Part shown: in pieces, positions 12,471-26,120 of the stretch
Position numbering within the stretch: position 1 is the first letter of the stretch
How the letters are laid out: the number at the start of each line of letters is the position of its first letter
Origin: Eledone cirrhosa
Taxonomy: Eukaryota
Reading direction: 5' to 3'
DNA: 64,000 nt
Assembly: GCA_964016885.1 (NCBI GenBank)
Contig: OZ024740.1
Coordinates: 289,106,001-289,170,000, forward strand
The notes under the pieces: generated by a model
The model's database searches: none
Told to the model about the DNA's origin: nothing
Seen by the model: the letters and a program-made list of their open reading frames with translations, nothing else
Translations under genes and position numbers: made by a program

Positions 12471-14765
12471 TCCTTTTGTCTTCCTAGTACAAATCTTGAA
12501 AGTACCTGAATTTTTCATTGTTCTATTCTCAACAAATGAAATATCAATGATAATCTGACCCATTATAAAGCTTAAGTAGCTCACTATATGCTGCACTATA
12601 TGCTGCATTATATGCTGCACTATATATGCTGCTATATTTAGAGTGGTGTATTTTTCTTCTTGTACTAAAATGTTTGATCACATCTAAAGAACACCCATTT
12701 GTTTCTTCAGTAAACTTATTTCAAGTTTGTCTTTCAACTTAGGCTCATTTTTCAGCTATGTTCTTTTGCCTGAAATTTCATAGGTAAAACTGTTGATAGG
12801 CAAATCCCCCCCCCCCCACTACTTTGACATCCTCAAACTGCATTCTCTTTGAGACATAAACTTCCTTCATTATCCTCATCACACCCTGCCCTTAACTTCT
12901 AACCCGAACTATGTTCTCTCTCTCTTTCTCTCTCTCTCTCTACCTCTTTATTGTAATTACAACACCGTTTCCTCTGTCCTTATCTATTCTACATCACCCC
13001 ATCATTCAGCAGGCTTATCTTTTACCTACAACAGTCATACTATGTATCACATATTCACTAAATTTTCCCCTCCCCATCTCTCTTTCTCCTTTATTCATTT
13101 CCTGTTCATGTCTTCTGAAATATTGAAATTATACTGCTAGTCCAGGACAGCTACCATAGAGCAACCACCCCTGGACTTTCTCCTTCAGTTAACAAATAAT
13201 CATAAACAAAATTACATCACAAATTATTGTAGTTCTTAGTAATTTCTCTTTGTAATGATGATGATCATCATCTCAGTAAAACACTGAACTAGATTATTTA
13301 CTGTTTCTAAAATAAGTTTTACGGTCCTTATTTCAAATTTTCCTTGGTCAAACTTAGCTTCTCATCCTTTTATGGGGTTGATAAGGAGATGGTTTTGACT
13401 ACACCCTCCGTCCTTTCAGAAAAGTTCATTTATAAAATTATACTTTATTTGGTAATCAATAATTATTTATGGCAATGGTAATTTTGATATTTGAAGGTAT
13501 TGTTGGAAAATGGGTATCCTAGATATTTATTATTCCTACAATACAATGAGGTGTAGTAGTGATGTTGCTTTAGTTGTTATTCACTGTATGAGACAAATAT
13601 AATAACAATGCAAATAATTTGACTTGTCCAAATGTAAAATAAGGTAACACAGCAAGCAAATTGTCTCCCCTAGAGACATCTGACAATGGTTGTAGTATGA
13701 GTTCAATTGATGTCTTCTTCAATAGTAATTCAATATGCCTCAAGAATAGAGTATTGGTTTGAAGAAAATCAGTTGGCTCAATACTTCAAATCTGTCATTG
13801 TTTTGGCAAGCATATGTTGTTAGTAACTTTAAACCTCTCTTAAGTAGGATTTTCTTCACACTACTTAAGTGTTTCACTAACATTTTTCACTTGATTCAAC
13901 TAAGCTTAAAATGCAAGTACTTATACTTCAACTGTTTCTTTAGTTTTCACTTTGGTTTGTGTTTTATATTTTAAACTCTATATCTTTTCATGTAATGAGA
14001 CTGTAAATGATGGATTGGTGGGGTTTACATGATAACTTGATCTGCTTAATGTGTCAGTCAAATTTTCCTCAGAATATGACATACCATCATTAAGATAAGA
14101 TTACATGTTCTAAGATAACATGTCATCAGTAAAGACAAAATGATGATAGCCACACACATTAGGCAAATGATGTGCTTGATAGGCTAACTTTCAAACAGGA
14201 CTGCTTCAATAACTGCAGATGGAATTTTTAAATGAATTAAACAGGGAAGGAGGGACAGCATTTATGGCTTTGGTAGGACATCCCCAGACTTATGATATTC
14301 ATACAGATGATGTTCAAGCTGAACATTTTTTGTAGGTTGATAGCTGAAGGAAAAACATAGGCAGGGATGATATTGAGGAGTGTTGTAGCACTAGTAAAAG
14401 AATGATTGGAAAAGGTGATCAGTGTAAGATTTGTAGGTAATACAGTAGAGATAATGAGAGAATTGGTAGGGTAACCAGCAAGTTACTTGCTTGTTCAGAG
14501 AGGCAGAGACTCTAGTAGTACTGGTAAACATGACAAAGTGAAGATAGAGCACATCTATGAGCCAGTTGTTCTTGAGTTGGTGAATAGTTGTCAAACTGCC
14601 AAAATGAACCCTTTTTTAAGATTTGGTCCAAGATGCTTTGTGTATGTATGTGATTGTATATGTGTGTGTTTGTGTGTATGACCCTAATAAATGAGTGGTA
14701 TTCCATTGTGAGTAATATTTGAGCTTTGAATAGAAAGCCTTGCCTTTGGAATGAAGAATTGACAA

Positions 14766-15072
14766 TGTTATAGATATGTGAAGGGTGTTGAACTCACAAT
14801 CATTTGTTCTGTCCTATGCCATCTTGTTGTTGTGTAGGCGTAAGACAGAACAAAGGAGAGGCACAAAAAACAAAGAAAAGAATCCCCAGTCACTGAAGAG
14901 GTCACAGAATGTGTGACGAAAGAACTTTGAACCATCTGGTTGTGGAACCAACCAACCAACAAACCGGAAATTTATAAATTCCTAAATTTATAAATTTATT
15001 ATAATAAATTGAAGTGAAAGCAACTGGTGCGTGTGTTTCTTCTTGGCAACATGACCCTCCCAAAGTATAACA
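14766..15072. mobile_element. Candidate solo LTR (307 bp)
   Basis: Termini TGTTATA...TATAACA form a 7-bp inverted repeat, with an internal AATAAA. No matching TSD was seen. Confidence 0.4.
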
Positions 15073-16252
15073 ATATATATATATATCATCATCATGGTTT
15101 AATGTCCACTTTCCCTGCTAGCAAGGTTTGGATGGGTCTATATAGATAAAGTCAGTACTGAAGTGGGGCTACTGACCTTCCAGACAGGTTGAGAGGTCTG
15201 TATCCTGCTTAAATTCAGTCATATCGAGTGCAGAGAAGAAGTTGTGTCTTTTGATACAAACTGAAGGGTCCTCCTGACCCCTTGTTTGACAAGCTTTCTA
15301 TGCTTGATGCCATTCCTAACACCAACCATCTTACAGTATATTGGGGGCTTTTATTGTGTAGATTACCAGCACTGGAGAGGCTGTAATTTCCTTGACATAA
15401 CTAGAGAAAGAGAGAAAGAGAGAGAAGACCAAGTGATCTTTCATCTTTTTCACTTGCATGAATATCTATATACATGCTGGCTTACTGTGTAGAAAAATTA
15501 GTAGATGTTTTGAAACTTTCTCCTTTTCTCCAGGCACAGTCTATTCTCAGTGAAGTAATGTGATATTAGGGTATATTCTATACCACTTGAAATAATTGTC
15601 AATATGCTGGTATATATTATTTGTTAATGTTCTGTTGTAAAACAGGACTACAAGTTTCATCTTAAATATACCTGAATTGCTACATTACATATTATACATG
15701 TTCTGTATGCCATGCTACAGCTCACACATCTCTTCATTGAGCTTCTATTTTACGATACTTTGTCTATGGCAGATAATGTGAGTATAGCTGCATTTGATTG
15801 TACAACTACCAGACTAGCAAAAACAAGTATCAGAGGGCATTTTGTATAGATTGCTGTGTAATAGTCACAGTCTTATATGTAAGGTATATTGTGGTAGTAA
15901 GGACATGTTGTATGTTGTGACCTGTAGCATACCTAGATGGGAGTGAAGTTGGTGAGTGAGCAATACTTTTGATTACTTTTGATATGTATTGTGTTGTGTT
16001 TTTAGGAGTAGTACACTCAAGGATTGTTCCAGGTGGTGCAAAATCTAGTTACAATACTGAGTGTGTAGAGTGGAAGTCAGGACATGTAGAGCAGTCAGAA
16101 AATGTTGTGTGGAATGTAGTAATATAGGAGTCAGTTGTGGTGTGTAGTCTGGTAAATAGAATATTGTATAGTGAGTGTGTTGTATGATGGTCAGGAGCTG
16201 AGATGTAGTGTATGGCAGTCAGCATACACTGCACGGTATGTAGTATGGCAGT

Positions 16253-16986
16253 ATATTGTATGGTGTGGCTGATGGACATATTGTGTGGTGTGGCTGTTTT
16301 GACACATTGTATGGTGTGGCTGTTTTGACATGTGTGGTATGGCTGTTTTGACATATTGTGTGGTGTGGTTCTTTGGACATATTGTGTGGTGTGGCTGTTT
16401 TGACATATTGTGTGGTGTGGCTGTTTTGACATATTGTGTGGTGTGGCTGTTTTGACATATTGTGTGGTGTGGCTGTTTTGACATATTGTGTGGTGTGGTT
16501 CTTTGGACATATTGTGTGGTGTGGCTGTTTTGACATATTGTGTGGTGTGGCTATTTGGATATATTGTATGGTGTGGCTCTTTGGACATATTGTGTGGTGT
16601 GGCTCTTTGGATATATTGTATGGTGTGGCTCTTTGGACATATTGTGTGGTGTGGCTGTTTTGACATATTGTGTGGTGTGGCTCTTTGGATATATTGTATG
16701 GTGTGGCTCTTTGGACATATTGTGTGGTGTAGCTGTTTTGACATATTGTGTGGTGTGGTAATCTGGATATATTATGTGGTGTGGCTGTTTGGACATATTG
16801 TGTGGTGTGGCTGTTTTGACATATTGTGTGGTGTGGCTCTTTGGATATATTGTGTGGTGTGGCTCTTTGGATATATTGTATGGTGTGGCTCTTTGGACAT
16901 ATTGTGTGGTGTGGCTGTTTTGACATATTGTGTGGTGTGGTAATCTGGATATATTATGTGGTGTGGCTGTTTGGATATATTGTGTG
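16253..16986. repeat. 26-bp minisatellite, about 28 copies
   Basis: Unit GACATATTGTGTGGTGTGGCTGTTTT with variants. The overlapping ORFs here are repeat artefacts. Confidence 0.95.
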
Positions 16987-17154
16987 AAGCGAAGTGTGAC
17001 TGTCAGAACATGTCAAATTTGTTTTCCTCTATAAATATTTTCCCATGTTAATTTCATATCTGTTTCTTTCTCCATGAGTTATCTTCACATCTTTTTCTCA
17101 TTTTGCTAATTTGAATTATTTATAAACTCTTCATTTCTTTGTCTTCCTTCCCAG

Positions 17155-17287
17155 GTACTGTCTTGGTCAAGTGTTACATAGCCTTGGTCAGTATGAGGCT
17201 GCAAGTGACTGTCTCCAATTCGCTATGGACTTAGAATCTAACAGTCCTATCATTCCATTCACTGTCATTCCACGCCTGTTGCACTGA
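17155..17287 (+). CDS. TTC7B: TTC7-family protein, last coding exon
   Basis: Polypyrimidine tract plus ccAG acceptor. Translates (W)YCLGQVLHSLGQYEAASDCLQFAMDLESNSPIIPFTVIPRLLH*, matching the characteristic TTC7 C-terminus (...ALELExSSPxxPFTxIPRxL). Confidence 0.9.
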
Positions 17288-17487
17288 CTGGTATGTTATC
17301 GAAATGTCTGTTGAAATGAAATGTCATGCGTGTTCAGAAGGATCAGCTAGTTTTCTGCTGCCTGTGTCTCCTCTCCACCCTACTGCTGCTTACCACAGAA
17401 GTGAATCATGTTCTAGACACCAACCAGCCACCACACAAACAAACAGACAGACAATCCACCCCCAGCTAATCAGCCTGCTCAGCTGCC

Positions 17488-17577
17488 AATAAAGTGGATG
17501 GCTGGGTAGGTAGACAACTACAGGGAATGCAGTTAATATGCTACTTGTTTAGTATGTCAAGTGAAGTTAACAATAAA
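17488..17577 (+). promoter_or_regulatory. Candidate polyadenylation signals of the TTC7 gene
   Basis: AATAAA at 17488-17493 and 17572-17577, 200-290 nt after the stop codon. There is no transcript evidence, and the true UTR may be longer. Confidence 0.35.
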
Positions 17578-18747
17578 ATATTCACTGGTATCTATCACCA
17601 TCCAGCAGGTGTAAAACCATAGCAGAGAAGTTGAACAGTTCCACACAAGATGCATCATAAAAATGGTTGCCTGCCTGCCTGCTTGGTTATGTGTTTTTGC
17701 TGAGCATGACAACAGAGGGTGTTATTTTTTTTTTTAATATATTTTAACAGCAATTCAAATGGTTGTTGTTATTGTTGTTGTTGTTATTGTTGTTATTGTT
17801 ATTATATTATTATTACTATATTATTATTACTATTATTAATATAACAATGATAATAATTATGAATGATTACTATTAAATTACTTGTAAGAATAATATTAAT
17901 ATTATTAATAATAATGTTTTAGTGGGGGTAATAATTATTATTATTAACAGTAATAATAATGGTTTCTGATTTAGACACAAGACCAACAATTTGGGGGAGA
18001 GGAAAGTCGATTAAATCAACCTCTGTGTTACTGGTTCTTTATTTTATCAACCCCATAAGGATGAAAGGCAAAGTTAACCTCAGCAGGGATGATAAGTTTT
18101 AATTATTATTATAGCTGTTAATCATATTGGTGGTGGATTGGCAGAGTCATTAGAGAGCCAGAACAAATGCTTACAGGCATTTGTTCTGATTCTTTATCTT
18201 CTGAGTTAAAATTTCACCGCAGTCAACTTTGCCTTTCATCCTTTAGTGGTTGATAAAATAAAGTACCAGTCAGTCATGTACTTGAGTCAATTCCCCTCCC
18301 CGAAATTACTGGCCTTGCGCCTAAAGTAGAAAGTGTTATAGTTGTTGTTGCTACTACTACTAAAATGATTATTATTAGCAGTAACGATAATGACAATAAT
18401 TTGTTGTTGTTACTCTAATTACTGTATCATTCTTCACGTGTGACTGAGATGGTGACCACAAACACTGTGATACAATCCTGTACCAACGAAGAAACAAAAC
18501 AAGGGAAAAATCCCCAAAATGAGTAAATTTGTTTTCCATATTATTACAATTGTTGTTGTTGTTCTTCTTAATGATGATGATTATTTCTTACATTTGCATA
18601 ATGCCTGTATTAAGGTAGTGGTATAGTTAAATTAGTATATAACTGGTATTGATTTTGACTACTTGGGAGAGATAAAAGGCTAAGTCAATCTCAGTGCCAT
18701 TTCTAATATAATACAACCATAATAATAATGATAATTATAATAATAAT

Positions 18748-18935
18748 AATTGTTTCTACTTTTGGCACAAGACCAGCAATTACCCAGTACATTACTGGTA
18801 CTTTATTTTATCGACCCCGTAAGGATGAAAGGCAAAGTTAACCTCGGCGGGATTTGAACTCAGATCGTAAAGGGCCGTAACTATGCTGCAAAGCATGGCG
18901 TCCGACTCTCTACCGATACTGCCAATTCACCACCA
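18748..18935 (-). mobile_element. SINE family A (short variant)
   Basis: Reverse complement of the 1830-2022 unit. Confidence 0.85.
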
Positions 18936-19021
18936 TAATAATGATGATTATTTCTAAATCTGGCACAAAGTCAGCAATTTGGGGAAGGGGAAAGTCAATT
19001 ACTTTGATATCAGGGCTTGAC

Positions 19022-19243
19022 TTGTACTTTATTTTATCAATCCTTCAACATTTACATTACTCTATATTTACTATTGTATTTCACATAATTTTCTCACATA
19101 ATATCAAATCTATGAGATTTTGATATTATTTATTTTGAGATAATACCTTAATGTAAGTATAAGTAGTCAGTTACAGCCGATTTGAACAGATAGAGGTGAG
19201 AGAATTCTGGCTGGATATGGTCGTTTTAAATGCTAAAGGGTTA
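19022..19243. mobile_element. piggyBac-like MITE family 1, inserted into a SINE
   Basis: Right end TAAATGCTAAAGGG-TTAA. It interrupts a minus-strand SINE A (18955-19020, resuming at 19244). Homologous copies lie at 20317, 21730 and 23132. Confidence 0.7.
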
Positions 19244-19482
19244 AGCCCCTGAAGGATGTAAAGCAAAGCTGACTTCAGTGGGATTTGAACTCAGAATGTA
19301 AAGAGCAGTAACCAAATACCACAGTTACATTCTGAGTTCAAATTCCTCCATGTTTGCAACATGAACACTGGCAGAAGAGACACTACAATGATGAAACCCC
19401 AAACACAAAGAGTGAGGATTTTACATAAGGTGATAATAAGAATTGCAAATGCATTATATTGTAGTATTAAAATGTGAGATAT

Positions 19483-19700
19483 AATTGTTTCTACTTTTGG
19501 CACAAGGCCAGCAATCTGGAGAGAAGGGGAAAGTCGATTAAATCGATCCCAGTGTGTTACTGGTACTTTATTTTATTGACCCCATAAGGAGGAAAGGCAA
19601 AGCTAACCGCTGTGGGATTTGAACTCAGAACATGAAGGGCTATAACTATATGCTGCAAAGCATGTTGTCTGATGCTCTACTAATACTACCAATTCACCAC
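19483..19700 (-). mobile_element. SINE family A (long variant)
   Basis: Same SINE blocks plus the extra GATCGATTTAATCGACTTTCCCCTTCTCTCC segment. Confidence 0.8.
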
Positions 19701-20316
19701 TCTCATAAATATGCGATATAATAATGTCCAAATAGCAGAGTCATTAGAATGTTGGGTAGAATGCTTTGCAGTGTTCTTTCCAGCTCTCTACACTTTGAGT
19801 TCAAAACCTGCTGAGGTCAACTTTGCTTTTCATACTTTCAATGTCAATAAAAAAACGTACCAGCTCTGTACTGGAGTCGATTCTTTCTTTGTATCTCTCT
19901 CTCACTTTCTCTCTATAACTCTCTGGAAAGGATTGAGAGGGGATGGGCTTTACCAGGTTTAAAATGGCCAAAACACATTGTATATCATTATGGCACTCCT
20001 ATGACTCACCAGGAGTCATTGGTCCATACATACAAACAATATCCAAAGGAAAGGATATTCACTTAAAGAAAATCAATTCATCCCACATAGATCCTCAATA
20101 CAAATGCATGTGCCTTCTCATTACTCTTAATCATTATCATCATCATTATTATCATTTAACTTCTACTTTCCGAGTTAGTAAGTTTTGTTAATCTACAAAT
20201 GAAATTTGTCTAATCTTCTCACTCTCTACTTGCCACTTGTTCACTTTTCATGAAATTTACTAGTGGTCAAAACGTTTTTGTCACCTTACTTCCCAACATC
20301 AGTTTGAAGTGATATT

Positions 20317-20530
20317 TAACCCTTTAGCATTTAAACCTGCCGTATCCGGCCAGAATTCTCTCTCCTCTTTATGTTGAAATCAACCATAACTGGCCACTCA
20401 TACTGATGTTAAGGTATGGGTCTCAAAATAAATAATATCAAAATCTTATAGATTCAATATTATGTAAGCTAAAGCCTTTAACATGAAAATATAATAGTAA
20501 ATATAGAGTAATGTAAATGCTAAGAGGATT
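20317..20530. mobile_element. piggyBac-like MITE family 1
   Basis: Starts TTAA-CCCTTTAGCATTTAAA and ends AAATGCTAAGAGG. The internal sequence is shared with the other copies. Confidence 0.7.
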
Positions 20531-21221
20531 TATTGAAAAATGATTGGGTGGTAGGTACCTGACTTCAAATCTTTTAGACTTGTACATCATACTATTTCTT
20601 TAGTTATAGCCATTAGGCACAAAAATACTGTTTGAATTTACTGGTTAAACAGAAGTAGTACAAGTACTATTATTATGGGCCCAGTGGACAATTGATTTAT
20701 TCTATCTGATATTGCTATTGTTTAATGTAGGTCCACAAGCAGATAAGTTGTGGGCAAAGAGTGAGAATTTGTTGGACAGTTTGATCTGCTTCACCTCATC
20801 TCAAATATGACCTGTTATTTGACTGATGTGCCTGTATAGTTTGGCATTATTGGTTAAACTGCCTAGCCAAATTAAGAATGAAAAAAAAAATGTTTTGAAC
20901 TCTAGTAAATTGCTTCAGTAGGAAACTCCTCTGTAAGTATTTAATTAATGTCTTCTTCATTAACCAGAGTACTCTCCAGGTCATTGTCACATACACCCTC
21001 TAGTAATCCTCTAGAATCTGAGGATAGCTTTACCATTGATGGAATTATACACCTGCTTGTGTGCTGTGACCACTAGGTAACATTCCAGATTTCAAGTTCT
21101 GTTTTAGGACTTGAACATATGTATACGGTTACCAATCAGTTTGGGTTTTCAACCATTTGTGACTTTAGTGAAGGCACCAATTATATGAAAGATGTATATA
21201 AAAACAAAAAGAAAGCATGAT

Positions 21222-21324
<103 letters not shown>

Positions 21325-21331
21325 ATATTAT

Positions 21332-21363
<32 letters not shown>

Positions 21364-21729
21364 ATATATATATATACATATATATATACACACTTAGGTC
21401 TCACTTTTGATTATTATCTGAACAACATTCGTAAACTCACAAATACAAGATAGGGTACAACTGCTATAGGTCTCTGCTACTTTACAGCTGAATGTCCCTG
21501 CTCAGAATGAGAAAGAACTGGCTGTGCTAAGAAAGTGAATCCAGTCCCTAATGCTTCTTGTCAGTCTACTACTACAGGCTATCAACAAAAACTGTTAGCC
21601 TCTATGTTTTTGCAGGCCTATCAGCAGCCAATGTATAGGAATGTCAGGGACAACAATTAGACAGATGGTATCTTATGTTTGACCAATCACTAGTTCAGGA
21701 TCACAAGATGTCAAGGAAAAGCTTCCTTG

Positions 21730-21954
21730 ACCTTTTAGCATTTAAACTGGCCATATCTGACCAGAATTTCTCCCCTCTTTCTGTTCAAACTGGCCATAAT
21801 CGGTTGCTCATACTGACGTTAAGGAATTGTTGTCAAAATAAATAATATCAAAATCTCATAGATTCGATATTATGTCAGATAATTCTGTAAAATAAAGTGT
21901 TTACTGTGAAAATACAATAGTAGATATAGAGTAATGTAAATGTTCACGGGTTAA
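21730..21954. mobile_element. piggyBac-like MITE family 1
   Basis: CCTTTTAGCATTTAAA...AAATGTTCACGGG-TTAA. Confidence 0.7.
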
Positions 21955-23131
21955 ATGTGTCACTTGCCTTGAGACTAACACCTCGTGGAAAGAAAGAAAG
22001 CAACACCCTGCCTCCTCACTTTAACAACAATGGAATTATTGGCTGGAGAACAGCTACCACCTGATATGGATGCAAGCTGAGTAAAATAGAAGTACATTAA
22101 TTGACTAGAACCCGAGTTGGCAGAGATAAGGGGATGTTCAACAAATGATATAAACTCCTTCAATGACATTACAAGGGTCAGTTGAAAAGTACATAGGCTG
22201 ATCAAGATACTTTCATGGAAGGATCAAATGAGATTTATTTTTCAATATAGTCCCTTGAAAGAATCAATGCAGTTATTAATAAGATTTTGAATGAATGCAT
22301 GCAAGATTTCTCAGTTCTAGCATCAATCCTTCATAGTTAGCCTATGTACTATGGAATAAAACACTGTACCATGGAACACTTGTTGGGGTAGAGAGAAATG
22401 TGTCCAGTTTTGGCTGAATGTGAAATATATTTGATAAAAAGCCAGTGCATATGTGGCTGGATGGTTAAGAAATTTGCTCTGCAACCATAGGATTCTGGGT
22501 TCAATCCCACAATGTTCTTGAATAAATATTGTTTGCCATAAAGTTGACTGAGGCTTTGTGAGAGGAATTTAATATGCACAAACTGTGTGGAAGCCTGTTG
22601 TATGTGTATCTATATGTATATTTGTAGGTGTATATCTTTCATCAATGTATATCTATGAAACATTTAACATTGGTGAGTAAAACCTATAAACTGGTGCCTT
22701 GGAACAAAAATACTTTGTGGTACTTGTTCTGTCTGAGTTACACAGACACTCCCTCGTTATTCTCACCACCATAAATGCAATGGACCAGTGATTGACCTTT
22801 TAGAAACCTGAAATCAATGATATGTATATTTACCTATTTATTTATATAAATAAATATGGTTAGAATAGTTGAGGAACTGTATAGAAGTTGGAGATAAGGT
22901 TTGGAGATATATTAAATGTAAAGAAGCATATAAGAAGGAGGAGTGAGTATGAAACACCATGGTTAGTGTTAGGGAGGAACAGAACAAGTTAAGTTTGATA
23001 ATAGAGAGAGAGGAGATTTTGGAGATATCATACTCAGTGATAAAAAAGAGGTGTGAGGAAATGAAAGACTCAATGCAACAGGGAAGTAAATCTCAGGGAA
23101 TTTGAAACAGAAACTACAAAAGAACTAAAAT

Positions 23132-23358
23132 TTAACCCTTTAGCCTTTACATTACTCTATTTATTATTGTATTTTCTCAGTAAAGGCTTTACCTCACATA
23201 ATTATCTCACATGATATCAAATCTATGAGATTTTGATATCATTTATTTTAAGAACAATACCTTAACATCAGTATGAGTGGCCAGTTGCAGCTGGTTTGAA
23301 CAGAAAGAGGTGAGAGAATTCTGGCTGGATGTGGCTGGTTTAAATGCTAATGGGTTAA
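23132..23358. mobile_element. piggyBac-like MITE family 1
   Basis: TTAA-CCCTTTAGC...GCTAATGGG-TTAA, giving a TTAA duplication and CCC/GGG termini. Confidence 0.78.
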
Positions 23359-23899
23359 AATGCAAACATTAAATCTTTACAGCGGTTGATGTCTTCTGCA
23401 ACTTAGATAAACAATGATAGAAAGCCATGGGTGATTAAGCTGTTACTTAGACTACAGGAAAATGTGTTCTAGCATCAACGTATGGGATCAGATTATAGAA
23501 ACAAGAGTGTGGAAAAAATGGAGATGGATGGAAGTGACATTAAGCTTGTACAGATCACATGAAAGAAGAGAAACAGTTTATCATTTACCACCTGGATACA
23601 AAATATTAACTGACGATGATTATGTTGTTGTTATTGTTTAGTTCCCGGGTAGCCCTTATTGAGCAAACCTGCGATCAAAGGTATTTCAGCTACGACTTCT
23701 TGTATATCTTGCACTGTATCATTCAATTTATTTCTCCTTTTATAGAAGATAAGGTGTGATTTAAGGAGATTTAACTGTTATTTCTAGTCAGTCAAACAAT
23801 TGTGTAGGGGACCTCTCATTGGTATGTAAAGAGGATGTGAACAGAATTTTGAACTCAAATCTGAAATTCAGCTCTACTGATTATGCAGCCCATCTGTGA

Positions 23900-24140
23900 G
23901 CTCAGTAGTAAATATACTGGATAAACTGAGGGAGAAACTGGGTTTAAGTGGAACCTGTAGTAGTGTGCAAGAGAGAAGACTGCACTGGCACAGATATGTG
24001 ATACATATGGATGATGATCATTGGGTGAAGAAGTGCCAGGAAATCCCAGTGGAGGAAAGGTATTGTGCTGAAAAGGATCTGTTTAACCCATGCAAACGTG
24101 GAAAAGCGGACATAAAAACAATGGTGATGATGATGATATA
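23900..24140 (+). mobile_element. RTE LINE 3' fragment
   Basis: LREKLGL...ERRLHWHRYV...DDDHWVKKC, then the AACCCATGC...(GAT)n tail. Confidence 0.65.
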
Positions 24141-24384
24141 ATTTTTTTTTTGTTTTAGCTTTTTTGATACCAGTCCAGCTCTGGTTCTATTAAACAAAAC
24201 CACCCATTCAAAGGGTTTCTATTTAAATTAAAATCTTTCAACATGATTTTATATAAAAAAAACCACATGGTTAGTTATCCTAATGAAATAATTAATAATT
24301 TTTGTAAATCCCTCAAAATTCCTCATTAATTAATTGAAATAGAGTGTATTTCATTATAAATGTGGTTATGAAAGGGTAAAAGGT

Positions 24385-24712
24385 TAAAGACCCCCTTCAG
24401 TCATAAATAACCATGGGATTTGCACATAGAGAGTTCCCCTCCAAGGCACAAGTCCAGGAAAGGTTGTTTGTGGAAGACCAGCAGTCACCCATCCATACCA
24501 GTCTCCCCTCTCCACACCACCAATGATGTCCACTGGAAAGGCTAAGGCCAATACAGCTTGGCACCAGTGATATTGCAACTCATTTCTACAGCTGAGTGAA
24601 CTGAAGCAACATGAAATAAAGTGTCTTGCTCAAGAACACAATGCAAAGTCTAGTCCGAGAATCAAACTCTCAACCTCACGAGTGTAAGCCTGATGCTCTA
24701 ACCACTAAGCCA
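24385..24712 (-). mobile_element. tRNA-derived SINE family B (~330 bp)
   Basis: On the minus strand: tRNA-like head, then CTTGAGCAAGACACTTTATTTC...CACTCAGCTGTAGAAATGAG. Homologous to 53050-53295, 54385-54595 and 63328-63625. Confidence 0.8.
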
Positions 24713-25400
24713 TAAAACTATTCATTATCCACATTGTGGTACCACTGAAGACTGTGTTTTGGGATTCCTTCTACTTAATTCCAAACAAATACATTCAGTT
24801 GATTCGCTCCTTAATTTCAATTAAAACTCTTCTTCTTCTTCCGCATTATTATTATCATTATTGTCAGGTAAAGTGTAATGTATAGACATGTAATAATGGT
24901 GTGTATATGTATATATATATGGGTACACACACACTGAGGGAAATGTTGCTTGATCTGTTAATAGCTGCTGAATAGTAGAAATTATTACAATAGTTTGATC
25001 AGTCATTAATATACTTGCTTTAGGAGATGATTGCTGTTATGGTAGCAGTGCTGGTGGTGGTGGCAGTGGTTGCTTTTGTGGTAGTGGTGCTGATGGTAGC
25101 AGTTATTGTAGCTGCAACAAAACTCTGGGTTGGTGTAATTCATTTGTTAGTTTAGATAGAATGGCTTCTAGCTTCAAGCTTAAACATGGCTCATTTTTTT
25201 TTTTGTTAGTTTGTTTGTTTTTTCCACCATCAACCAAGTGCTGCTCATCACTTGTGTATGTTTCTTTGGTTCTTAGAGGAAGCCCTAGCTTAGCTTTTAA
25301 CTCATCTCAGCTGATTTAACCTTCTTAACTTGAACAACTGTTCTAGCAGTAGAAAAATAGCTGCAACTATAGAGATGTTATTATAAACCTGGTTTTAATG

Positions 25401-26092
25401 TTAACCCTTTTCATAGCAACCCACCCACCCAAAACTCTCTCTGGTTCCATGAAACAAAACCACCCATTTTAAAGGATTCCGATTTAAATTAAAATCTTTC
25501 AACATAATTTTCTATAAGAAACTTTTGTTATGTTACAAATATCATCTTAATACTTGTTTCTGCTTTTGGCACATGGCCAGCAATTTGAAGGAGAGAGGAA
25601 GGTTGATTAAATCGACCTAAGTACGTTACTGGCACTTTATTTTATATACCCTGTAAGGATGAAAGAAAAAGCTAACTTCAGCGGGATTTGAATTCAGAAG
25701 GTAAAGTGGATATAACTATATGTTGCAAAGCATGTTGTCCTATGCTCTACCGATACTGCCAATCCACTACCCTTAATGGTTTCTGATTTAGGCACAAAGC
25801 CAACAATTTGAAGGGAAGGGGAAGTCAATTAAATTGACCCCAGTGTGTTACTGATTCTTTATTTTATTGACCCCGTAAGGATGAAAAGCAAAGCTAACCT
25901 CGGCAGGATTTAAACTCAAAAAAACATAAGTGGCTGTAACTATATGCTGCAGAAGATGTCCAACGCTCTAAGGATAGTGCCAATCCATTGCCCTTATTGA
26001 AGTATTTAACCATTTTAGTTAATCTTTTCAAATTCATCTTTAATAATTCAAATACAGTGTATTTCATGAATAAAATGTGTAAATATGGTTAA
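25401..26092. mobile_element. piggyBac-like MITE family 2, interrupted by two tandem SINE A copies (~25555-25995, minus strand)
   Basis: Starts TTAACCCTTT. Its flanks match the uninterrupted copy at ~24155-24380 (AAACAAAACCACCCATT, TTTAAATTAAAATCTTTCAACAT, AGTGTATTTCAT). Confidence 0.6.
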
Positions 26093-26120
26093 TTATTTTT
26101 ACATATATTTCATTACTGCA

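Noticed and set aside
16049-16943. Multiple long overlapping ORFs and a CRISPR-like look
   Set aside because: These are contiguous 26-bp units with no unique spacers and no cas genes, in a eukaryotic context.
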